A DNA stretch of 64,000 nucleotides, taken from Clostridia bacterium. Lineage in GTDB: Bacteria; Bacillota; Clostridia; Christensenellales; JBMNLC01. The stretch lies in NCBI GenBank assembly GCA_050952525.1, contig JBMNLC010000004.1:233862-297861 (forward strand), written 5' to 3'. The notes under the pieces are model-generated. The model did no database searches. It saw nothing but the letters and a program-made list of their open reading frames with translations, and was not told the DNA's origin. The position numbers and the translations under genes are program-made. Positions 47,987-56,374 of this stretch are shown here, in pieces; position 1 is the stretch's first letter; every line of letters starts with the position of its first letter.

Positions 47987-48304
47987 ATGTCTGTGAAGAA
48001 AACCATCTGCTTACAGGAAGTGGTCTATAAGGTTGCACAACAGAAGGCAAGGATGGTATCCGGCGGGAACTTTTCCAGCTATATAAACCTCCTGATATAC
48101 AAGGATAATGAACAGGAAATCATAAAGGAGATACAGGAAGAGGAAAACAGAAGGCCCCAGAGGGATTCAGCGGTTTTCCCAGCCCAACATGAAAGCCAGT
48201 GCGTATATTGCAAAAGAACCATCAGGAAAGGGGAACGGGTGTGTTATGCCCGTCATCCAGATGGTCAGAGGTCGGTAGTACATAAAAAATGCTGCAGGGA
48301 TTGA
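47987..48304 (+). CDS. Hypothetical small protein with a C-terminal Cys4 cluster
   Basis: 105 aa, SD GGAGGG. C-terminus CVYCKRTI...HKKCC, with a charged helical middle. Confidence 0.5.
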   Translation: MSVKKTICLQEVVYKVAQQKARMVSGGNFSSYINLLIYKDNEQEIIKEIQEEENRRPQRDSAVFPAQHESQCVYCKRTIRKGERVCYARHPDGQRSVVHKKCCRD

Positions 48305-48320
48305 AGGGGCAGCCCTCAAG

Positions 48321-48345
48321 AGGGACAGATTTGTCCCTTTTTTTG
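48321..48345 (+). terminator. Rho-independent terminator
   Basis: agggaca gatt tgtccct followed by tttttt. Confidence 0.75.
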
Positions 48346-48437
48346 TGCGGTTTCGTTAGATAATATGGATATTATGGAACGATTTGTTATATAATTGTTT
48401 TGAAGGACAAGTAATCAAACAGGGAGGGGGAGATAGG

Positions 48438-49443
48438 ATGAGTATTACTGGTCGTTTTTTTTGGTAAAACAAAGGATGGGAAGGATGTACAGCTTTTTAC
48501 CCTGACAAATTCCAGGGGAATGAAGGTGGAAAGCACAAATTTTGGAGGAATTATCGTCTCCATATCTGTGCCGGATAAGAACGGTAAACTCGATGATGTA
48601 ACCTTGGGCTACGATAAGCTGGAGGGTTATCTGAATCAGGATAAGTATTTCGGAGCCCTTATTGGAAGGCATGCGAACAGGATTGAGGATGCGATATTTG
48701 AACTCAACGGACGGGTATACCAGCTAGCCAAAAATGACGGTGATAACCATCTCCACGGGGGAAATGTGGGATTTAACAAGGTAGTCTGGACTCCAGAGAT
48801 CCTGAATACCGATCAGGGTGAATACCTCCAGCTGACCTATCGCAGCAGGGATGGTGAAGAAAATTATCCAGGGAATCTGGATGTGAAGGTGATCTATTCC
48901 CTGTCGGAGGATAATGCCCTGGGAATCGATTATTATGCAGAAACGGATCAGGATACCGTCGTGAACCTGACCAATCATGCCTATTTCAATCTCTCAGGCC
49001 ATAAGGCCGGGGACATATCCAACCACCAGATTATGATCAATGCCGACCGGTTCACCGTCATCGACGATGAAGGCATCCCCACGGGAGAAATCAGAAGTGT
49101 AGAGGGGACCCCTATGGATTTTCGGCAGTTGACTCCCATTGGGCCAGGCTTTGATAGCGGATATGAGCAGATCGCATGTGGGAAGGGCTATGACCATAAC
49201 TGGGTTTTGAATGTCAGCGGGGTAAAGCCGGAAATGGCTGCGGAGCTTTACGATCCGGCAAGCGGCCGGGTGATGGAGGTGTATACCACCAAACCGGGTA
49301 TCCAGTTCTATTCCGGCAATTTCCTGGATGGGTCCGAGGTATGCAAGGGTGGAGCTGTGTATGGGAAGCGAAGCGGTTTGTGCTTGGAAACCCAGTATTT
49401 CCCCAATGCCCTCAAGCACAAGCATTTCCGTCTCCTATTCTGA
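48438..49443 (+). pseudogene. galM: Aldose 1-epimerase (galactose mutarotase), frameshifted in a T8 run near the 5' end
   Basis: ATG 48438 lies behind AGGGAGGGGGAG and reads MSITGRFF. After the T-run 48455-48462 the mutarotase frame continues GKTKDGKDVQLFTLTN...; one T fewer restores a single ORF. The remainder (48520-49443) is a typical GalM. Confidence 0.8.
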
Positions 49444-49517
49444 AAGCCGGGGAACAATACCATTTTACCACGATCTATAAATTCTCTGTCCGATAGAACC
49501 TTTGCCCAATTGAAAAG

Positions 49518-49552
49518 ATCCCCACCGTATCCTGTAAGGATTCGGTGGGGAT
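49518..49552. terminator. Bidirectional hairpin between convergent genes
   Basis: atccccaccg ... cggtggggat outer stem with an inner atcct gta aggat stem. Confidence 0.65.
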
Positions 49553-49559
49553 TTGTGCT

Positions 49560-50473
49560 TTATTTGGATAGTTTGCGGAACAAATCGGCAAAAATCGGAT
49601 CCCGCCACATATAGGTGGCACTGCGGATGAAATGCCTCCCTGTATCAAAGCTCCAGGTCAGCTGGTCTGTCAGAATGGGACTGTGGACCAGGCTGGTGGG
49701 GGACCCATTGGGGGTTGTTCAGCCAGGCAATGGTGGCTACATCCCAGATGACCTTGGACCACCCATAAGGCTCCTCTGTATAGGCCCCGGACAATATCTG
49801 TCAGGTAGGTGCCGATTTCACTCTTGCCCATAAGATAATGTTCAAGTTCAGGAATGGTGGTTGTCAGATGGGTAGTCACCCCTGCACAGGGAATATGAAT
49901 TAGGGGTACTCCGCAGTCAAAGATGAGGCGGGAGGCATGGATATCCTGCATGAGATTGAATTCACGGGCTTCCGGCCAGAAGAAGGCATGTCCACCTAGC
50001 CAGACCACCACCATCTTTTCAATGATTTTCGGCTCCATGAGGATGGCGGAGGCTATATTGGTAATGGCTCCTATGGCTACCACATACAAGGGACCATCTT
50101 CGCAGGTCATGGCTCGTTGCACCAGGTCCCTGGCGGCTTCGCTCTCCTGGGGGGTTTCGGCATCCTGCAGGTAATCCGTGGAACCACGGTAGGTAAAATT
50201 GTTTGAGGATACCCCTAGAAGCCTCAGGATCCTTAGGATCTCATCATAGCTCTTTTCCATGCCGTCCTTGGGACCGGTGGACCGGTTATTATAAAAGGGA
50301 GCGGCATATACGGCCTCCATCTGGATGCGTTCGGGTGACCGCAGGGCATAAGCCAGGGCAAACTGATCATCTACTTCATTATAGGTATCGGTATCCAGTA
50401 TCATACGAACCTTTCCCTTGGGGGGAGCCAAACGTCTAATCAATTCATCGTTGGGGATTTTAGGAAATTCCAT
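49560..50473 (-). pseudogene. Nucleoside hydrolase (IU-NH family) with two frameshifts in the 3' third
   Basis: The N-terminus has the DTDTYNEVDD metal motif. After ...TYLTDIVR the sensible reading moves to a second frame (YTEEPYGWSKVIWDVATIAWLNNPQW), then a third (SLVHSPILTDQLTWSFDTGRHFIRSATYMWRD...LSK*). The shifts sit at C4 49785-49788 and at G5 49698-49702 or 49710-49714. Confidence 0.75.
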
Positions 50474-50720
50474 GACACTTCACTCCTTCTTCCATTTGTC
50501 ACCATTATACCAGCCCCGGCCTGGTATAGCCAGTACTTGCCTTGTAATTCTTATACATAGGATTGTCCAGACGATACAGGTTGTACCTATTTATTCCATG
50601 AAAGGAACATATCTGGTCGAAAAGGAAGGAAAAATGAAAAGAATGCAGTATATATAAAAGAGGTAGACTATTTGGTTTCGTCAATAAGAGGAGTTTAGTA
50701 TTTGATGGGAGGATGGACGT

Positions 50721-51527
50721 ATGAAACTATATGCCAATACCTGGTGTTACAGGGATTTTGATCGGGAAACAGCTTTCAGAGAAATAGCCCGACTAGGCTA
50801 TCAGGGGGTAGAAATTATCGCCCATGGACCCTGCTGGCATGCAGACCCCCTGGATACTGCCGATGACCTCATGGCTGCATTGGATCTTTTGTCGGAACTG
50901 AACCTGGATGTTATCGCCATTTCGCCCGCTACGGAATACCTGCTTTTTGACACGGATCAACGCCGTCAAATGGTAGAGCATACCATGGCCATGACGGATA
51001 TAACCCTGCTTTACGGTGCAGAAATCGTTCGGATATTTGCAGGGGGGACGGTGCCTGAGGGAAGGACCCAGGAAGAGTGTATTGATGCGGTGGTGGAGGC
51101 CTTAAGGCCTTGTGTAGATTATGCGGAGAAACGGGGAGCAAGGCTGGCTGTGGAAAGCCATGGACAATTTGGCACGGATCTGGATGTCCTGGTATCCATA
51201 TTGGATCATATTCAATCCCCTGCCCTGGGAATCACCTTGGACACCTCCAATTTTGCCGTCAACGGGGTGGATCCGCTGGACGCTATTGATGCCTTCGGCA
51301 GCCGTATTTTCCACACCCATATGAAGGACAGTAGGCTGGGCTCTGATGGCTATGGAACCGCTGTGGGAGAGGGCAGTCTGAATTTTGACGCCATCCTCAG
51401 AAAGTTGAAGGCGGCAGGATATCATGGTGCCTACTGTGTGGAGTACGAGGGGGAGGAGGCTCCCAATATCGGACTGGAGAAGAGCAGGAAATTCCTTACC
51501 GAGCTTTTCGGAAAGCTGAACCTCTGA
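50721..51527 (+). CDS. Sugar phosphate isomerase/epimerase (xylose-isomerase-like TIM barrel)
   Basis: 268 aa. GYQGVEI, LAVESHG and HTHMKD family-type motifs. Confidence 0.8.
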   Translation: MKLYANTWCYRDFDRETAFREIARLGYQGVEIIAHGPCWHADPLDTADDLMAALDLLSELNLDVIAISPATEYLLFDTDQRRQMVEHTMAMTDITLLYGAEIVRIFAGGTVPEGRTQEECIDAVVEALRPCVDYAEKRGARLAVESHGQFGTDLDVLVSILDHIQSPALGITLDTSNFAVNGVDPLDAIDAFGSRIFHTHMKDSRLGSDGYGTAVGEGSLNFDAILRKLKAAGYHGAYCVEYEGEEAPNIGLEKSRKFLTELFGKLNL

Positions 51528-51565
51528 ACCATTGGGGGACGATTCTGATTGACCTATCATTATGG

Positions 51566-51594
51566 CAAAGGGTTAAGAGGACCGTCCCCTTTGG
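51566..51594. repeat. Hairpin of the AAAGGG-N-ACCGTC-CCCTTT family, copy 1
   Basis: caaagggttaagaggaccgtcccctttgg shares the accgtc(c)cccttt core with copies at 52315-52349 and 54803-54842. Confidence 0.45.
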
Positions 51595-51627
51595 ATCATA
51601 AATATTTTGGTGTATGAGGGATTCACA

Positions 51628-52272
51628 ATGGATAAAAAACTACATGTCGGCCATCGGCAGCGGGTGAAAAACAGATATATGGCAGAAGGCCTGGATGCAT
51701 TTGAAGATCACCAGGTTCTTGAAATGCTTCTCTTTTATTGCATACCGATGAAGGATACCAATGAATTGGCCCACAGGATGATAAATGAATTTGGGTCTTT
51801 GGCGGGGCTGTTTGAGGCGGATCCCAAGGATATATCAAAGAGGTGTAAAGTCAGTGAAAATACTGCGATACTGGTATCTTTAATTCCATCATTGTCAAGA
51901 AGATACATCAAAGGGAAATGGGGGGATAAGCCCATTCTTAATAGCTCATCCCGGGCAGGAGAGTATTCCATCTCTCTTTTTATGGGGAGAGCCTATGAGG
52001 CCTTCTATGTGATTTGTCTGGATGCCCAGAATCGGGCAAATCATGCCGCACTGGTCCATGAGGGAACCATCAATGAGGCCCCTGTATACCCGCGGCTGAT
52101 TGTAGAAACAGCATTAAGGCATCAGGCTAACAGCGTCATACTGGCCCACAATCATCCCGGTGGAAGCTTACGGCCATCCCCTGATGACATCAATGTTACA
52201 AGAAGAATAAGAACAGCCCTTGAAGCGATCTCCATTATGGTTGTGGATCATATCATTGTAGCCGGGGGATAA
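51628..52272 (+). CDS. radC: RadC-family JAB-domain protein
   Basis: Start at ATG 51628 after GAGGGA. N-terminal HhH-like region and the C-terminal JAMM motif ILAHNHPGG...PSPDD. Confidence 0.88.
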   Translation: MDKKLHVGHRQRVKNRYMAEGLDAFEDHQVLEMLLFYCIPMKDTNELAHRMINEFGSLAGLFEADPKDISKRCKVSENTAILVSLIPSLSRRYIKGKWGDKPILNSSSRAGEYSISLFMGRAYEAFYVICLDAQNRANHAALVHEGTINEAPVYPRLIVETALRHQANSVILAHNHPGGSLRPSPDDINVTRRIRTALEAISIMVVDHIIVAGG

Positions 52273-52314
52273 ATACACGAGTTTTGCGGAAGAAGGCTTA
52301 TTGGCAAGATGAGC

Positions 52315-52349
52315 AAAAAAAGAGTCAAAGGGAACCGTCTCCCTTTGAC
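52315..52349. repeat. Hairpin of the same family, copy 2 (A7-GAG-hairpin)
   Basis: aaaaaaagagtcaaagggaaccgtctccctttgac. About 88% identical to 54803-54838, in the same plus-strand orientation. Confidence 0.6.
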
Positions 52350-52363
52350 GTTAAGTTAGGAAT

Positions 52364-52505
52364 GATCTTGCTATAACGTGCAGGGATTGCAAGGAATGGG
52401 AAGGAATCTTCTACCACACTCATCATCGAAAGGAGGGATTGGATGGAATGGCTTGAACGGGTAAATGGAGCAATCGACTATATTGAGGACAATTTAGCAG
52501 GCCAT
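52364..52505. repeat. AraC 5' module (promoter, RBS and first ~20 codons), inverted paralog of 54605-54744
   Basis: gatcttgctataacgtgcagggattgcaaggaat...actcatcatcgaaaggagg...ATGgaatggcttgaacgg aligns to the reverse complement of 54605-54744. Confidence 0.7.
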
Positions 52506-53335
52506 ATTGACTACAAGACAGCAGCTCAGATTGCATGCTGTTCAACCTACCAGTTCCAACGGATGTTTTCCTTCATCACCGATGTCAGTTTGTCTGAATA
52601 TATCCGGCGAAGACGGCTTACCCTTGCAGCCTTTGAGCTGCAGCACAGCAACATGAAGGTGGTGGATGTGGCCTTCAAGTATGGTTACGATTCCCCGGAA
52701 GCCTTCACCCGTGCATTCCAGAATCTGCACGGGGTTACACCGTCATCAGCCCGCGATGAAGGTGTGAAGCTGAAAGCATATCCACGCATATCCTTTCAAA
52801 TGTCGATTAAAGGAGATGTGGAGATGAATTACAGGATTGAAAAAAACAATCCTTTTCCGTGTTCGGTGTGGAAGAAATCGTCAGTACAGAGAATGAAGCG
52901 AACCTGATAGAAATCCCAGAGATCTGGCAGAAGGCCAAGAAGGATGGAACGATTGATCGAATAGCAGCAATGGCCGGAGTAAAATATGATGATGCAAGCA
53001 AGGGAATAAAGCCTGTCAATGCAGTGATGTGTTACCGTGATACAGGCATCGGTTCATTCCCTTATATGCTCTTTGCATTTACGCCTGAAGGCGGTGTGGA
53101 AGATGGTTTTGTCCGGGTAGATATACCTACCTTAGCATGGGCTATTTTTACATGCGATGAACATGCCGCTGACAAGACAACTGAGGTAATCCAGGCCTTA
53201 TGGAAGCGGATTTACAGCGAATGGTTTCCAACATCCACATATGAACATGACACGGGCCCGGAGTTTGAAATGTACGGAGTTTACGAGAACGGAAAAGAAT
53301 ACTGCGAAGTATGGATTCCGGTGAAGAAGAAATGA
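52443..53335 (+). pseudogene. AraC-family regulator with a GyrI-like effector domain, frameshifted in an A7 run
   Basis: The N-terminal double HTH (YQFQRMF..., [12 protein letters not shown]) reads to ...MNYRIEK. An eighth A in 52840-52846 would join it to [13 protein letters not shown]... (GyrI-like domain, ORF 52859-53335). Confidence 0.8.
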
Positions 53336-53363
53336 ATTGTTGAGACCAGCTAACTGAAGTCAT

Positions 53364-53395
53364 GTAAAATCCCGGCTGTAACGCCAGGATTTTAC
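53364..53395. terminator. Hairpin between convergent genes (no clear U-tract)
   Basis: gtaaaatcc ... ggattttac with an inner ggc/gcc stem. Confidence 0.4.
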
Positions 53396-53404
53396 GTCTT
53401 CACT

Positions 53405-54511
53405 CTATACCAAGTGCCAGAACATTTCCGGTGCCGGTTCGTCCTCAAAGGGAACATAAATGCGCTCGATACATGGATCTTCGTCCAGATTGACCTCGAA
53501 CCAAGATTCAGCCCGCGGAAATCCCATGGAGCAGAAGAGACGTTTATCGGTTGCGTCAAAGAGCATGGAGCGGAGCGTGCCGAAGAATTCCGAATACGCA
53601 CGGCACGAAAGCCCGCTGGGGACGGGTGCTTCCAGAAGCATCATAAGATCCTCAAGCGAGACCTTCTCGTGTGCAGCCATGAATGTATCAACTGCTACTT
53701 GGCGCGCATATGAGAAAAACCGCTTTTCTGAGAGGATGCCCGCAATCTCGGAAGCTTGATAATGGTTGTACGAAGCCAGGTAACCATTCTCTGCACGGCG
53801 AATGGCTCGGACAGGTTCACCGTTTATGTGTGCGAACTCTACAATGGCCGCATCACCACCCGTGTCGGCCAGCATGAGTTGAAAGTGGCTTGAAATGGGC
53901 ATTGGAGCAAGGCGATGAAGCGCCTCCTCCACTGTCGCGCAGGTATCGAGTAACGTGCGAATCGGCGCCGGAAAAAAGAGACCTTCGTTTCGCTCTGGTG
54001 ACGAGACCACCTCGCAACCGGTCATGGAGACGCACAGTCCTTTCTCGTTCATTCCATCGCTGCGCCCCCGCTTGAAAGATAGAAAAAACCGGCGTGTCGA
54101 TACGCACCGGGCGTACGTGTTATAGAAAAGATCATCTCATCATCCAGGCTATACTCATAATTACGTGCGATAAGAAGATGCCCGTTTGCGGATTTCTCGG
54201 GAAGAACTGCTACCTGTGAACAGGCGCCTGCACGTGGACGTGCAAACATGCGGAGATACACAAGATCCTTCGGAGCGACACCGTAACCATCTGCGAAACC
54301 GATGAGCTCTTCCCATAAGTTGGGGGCAGTGCTTCTTTAGCATAGACGAACGCGCGGAAAGCTCCTCATCTGTCATGGGCGGAGTATCCTTGATGCTTTG
54401 GTCGATCCACGCACGATAGTGTTCATCTTCTCGCAAAAAGCATCCACGAGCATAGCCGATCTGGTAATTCGTTCCCTCCTGTACGAATCTCAAGTAAGGT
54501 AAAATAGTCAT
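53405..54511 (-). pseudogene. C45-family (acyl-CoA:6-APA acyltransferase-like) Ntn peptidase with two frameshifts
   Basis: Three frames join into MTILPYLRFVQEGTNYQIGYARG...KKHCP|NLWEELIGFADGYG...RAGACSQVAV...AYRHAGFFYLSSG|RSDGMNEKGLCVSM.... The breaks are at plus-strand G5 54322-54326 and C5 54065-54069. Confidence 0.75.
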
Positions 54512-54664
54512 TTCAACCTCTCCTTTCATCGAAATTTGAAAGGATATGCATGGATAGGCTTTCGGTTCCACACCCTCACCGTGAGCCGCAATGACGGTAT
54601 AAATCCCATGCAGATTGTCATCAATATAAAGATCACAACCGTCTGCCCGTTCAAACCACTTCAT
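54512..54664 (-). pseudogene. Remnant of a paralogous AraC regulator lacking the whole HTH region, in frame with the C45 peptidase ORF
   Basis: MKWFERADGCDLYIDDNLHG|IYTVIAAHGEGVEPKAYPCISFQISMKGEVEM matches residues 1-20 and about 94-127 of the 52443 protein ([20 protein letters not shown] ... [35 protein letters not shown]). Confidence 0.7.
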
Positions 54665-54744
54665 ACAACGCCTCCCTTTCGATGATGAGTATAGCAAAAG
54701 ATTTTCTTGTATTCCTTGCATTCCATGCACGATGCTGCAAGACT
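54605..54744. repeat. Inverted paralog of the AraC 5' module at 52364-52505
   Basis: See 52364-52505. I estimate about 75% identity by eye over about 140 bp. Confidence 0.7.
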
Positions 54745-54802
54745 ATGCCTGAATTGACTTTTCAGGTGTTGTCCCTCTGATTCTTATTGACGCATAATCG
54801 TG

Positions 54803-54842
54803 AAAAAAAGAGCTAAAGGGAACCGTCCCCTTTAACTCTTTT
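54803..54842. terminator. Bidirectional terminator, hairpin family copy 3
   Basis: aaaaaaa gagctaaaggg aaccgtc ccctttaactc tttt. On the minus strand it follows the stop of the TPM gene. Confidence 0.7.
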
Positions 54843-54854
54843 CGATATCAGGTA

Positions 54855-55648
54855 TTAGAACTTTCCACCGCCCCCACCGTGGGTCCTTCCGCTGCTGCCC
54901 CGGTGGGTGCTACTGCTGTTGGAGCTGCTGCTCTGGATCTTCACTCGGGTAGTGGACTCCCGGATATAATCATCACGGATGCCGGTCAGCTCAAAGGAGC
55001 CCTTTTCCTCATAGGTTGTGCTGTTGATGGTCACCCTGCCCTTATGATTGGATGAAGCGATGAGGGTGGCGATAAGGGAGATCACCAGGGCGATGATAAC
55101 CACAGGGAGGGAGCCCATCAGCCTGACAGCCTTATCCCAATAGCCGAGGGGGGCCTCTTTGACCCATCCTGTCTTGGCTTGAAATATCTATTCTGTGCTG
55201 GCCCCGGGGCACACCCATTCTTGCATAGGATTCAACCCGGCGGATGAACTCCTTGCAAGCCTCATAATAGCTTCCGTTGGACAATAGCCCTGTGATGGCA
55301 TCCGTCATGGCGGAGATCCGGTTGTCCGTAAAGATGTCAATAGCGCTGCCTGTTGTCGTGATCCACATTTCCCTTTCATCCATGTTAATCAGCATCAGCA
55401 GGCCGGAATAATCGCTGCCTATGCCGAATCCATTATCATCACAGTAGTCATCGGCAAAATCATTTGCTCCCTGTATCATCCGTGATCACAATGGCTACAT
55501 CCAGATTATAATTCTCCACTGTGTCTTGGATCAGGCTTTGAAGCTCCTGCAATTCACCTGCACTGAGATAATCAAGTTCATCATGGATATTATCGGTTTT
55601 GCCAGCCCTTGCTCCGGGCTGCCATATCAGCATGCCAAGTAGAAACAC
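54855..55648 (-). pseudogene. TPM-domain (YgcG-like) protein, disrupted by at least two frameshifts and lacking a proper start
   Basis: Three ORF pieces (55460-55648, 55132-55479, 54855-55118) join into: signal-like segment, TPM core (LDVAIVITDD...GLLMLINMDEREMWITTTG), TM helix, and a Ser/Gly tail ...GGGGGKF. No ATG with an RBS upstream. Confidence 0.65.
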
Positions 55649-55670
55649 GAGGAGAAAAACAGCTATCTAT

Positions 55671-56006
55671 TTATACAAACAAAGCACCTCCCAACACGGT
55701 CAGCAGCCATACACCTGCAAACACCAGGCCGGCGAACCCCAGCTGCTTGGCAATGCTGATGGGAGTATCTCCCACCACCTTGCCGGTCTGCCCATTCACG
55801 ATGCAGACATGGTCCTTTCCCTTATATTTATTAATCAACAAATAGATGGGCAGCATGGAATAGCTCTGGGTTTTATCAGAAAAAGCGAACTGCTTTTCCC
55901 GGAGGGAATAGGAGGAATATCCTTGAACCGTCCCCCTCAATCGATCTTCGATGTAGTGTTCCACCCTTTCCTTCATGACAATGGGGACGGTGACTTTTGC
56001 GACCAT
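55671..56006 (-). pseudogene. C-terminal fragment of a membrane-anchored hypothetical protein (NGQTGK motif family)
   Basis: 111 aa ending in a TM helix. LPIYLLINKYKGKDHVCIVNGQTGKVVGDTPIS resembles the C-terminal half of longer zinc-ribbon proteins. No RBS at the ATG, and the upstream reading frame is broken. Confidence 0.4.
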
Positions 56007-56052
56007 AAAATGTAAAAATATCTTTTTTAATACATATTGTTATTGGAGGAAA

Positions 56053-56244
56053 ATGGATTATTATATCGAATATACATCTGTAAATAAGATTGATGTATCC
56101 ACCTCTTTCAAAGCACCTATTCATCACATAATGGCTCAATGTTTTCATGTTTTTTGTAATACCGGGGGACATAGTGAGGAGCAGCAAAAACGAAAAACTA
56201 ATTTAACGATGTTTCCACTGCTTATTTCGGGAATTCCGGCTTAA
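56053..56244 (+). CDS. Small hypothetical ORF (63 aa) with a strong SD
   Basis: GGAGG 7 nt before ATG 56053. No recognisable motifs. Overlaps the decayed minus-strand gene. Confidence 0.25.
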   Translation: MDYYIEYTSVNKIDVSTSFKAPIHHIMAQCFHVFCNTGGHSEEQQKRKTNLTMFPLLISGIPA

Positions 56245-56374
56245 AGGCATATTGGATAACGGATTCCAATATAAATAATGAATAAAACGACAGCAAATAA
56301 AATATATTTTGGACTTTTTTTGCTTCCAAGGATCAGCCCCATATGGGCCTTATTTGAAAAGGAGGCAGTGGATA

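Noticed and set aside
51628-52272. RadC as a marker of a prophage, ICE or defence island
   Set aside because: No integrase, recombinase, phage structural gene or known defence gene accompanies it. RadC alone is not diagnostic.
54860-54960. Apparent tandem repetition (gctgct / ccaccg units) as a possible DNA repeat array
   Set aside because: It is the coding sequence of the Ser/Gly-rich C-terminal tail of the TPM protein. This is low-complexity coding, not a spaced repeat.
55876-56187. 103-aa minus-strand ORF upstream of the NGQTGK fragment, as the missing N-terminal half of that gene
   Set aside because: The sequence has no zinc-ribbon or other recognisable motif. The join to 55671-56006 cannot be made convincingly, so I treat the region as decayed.
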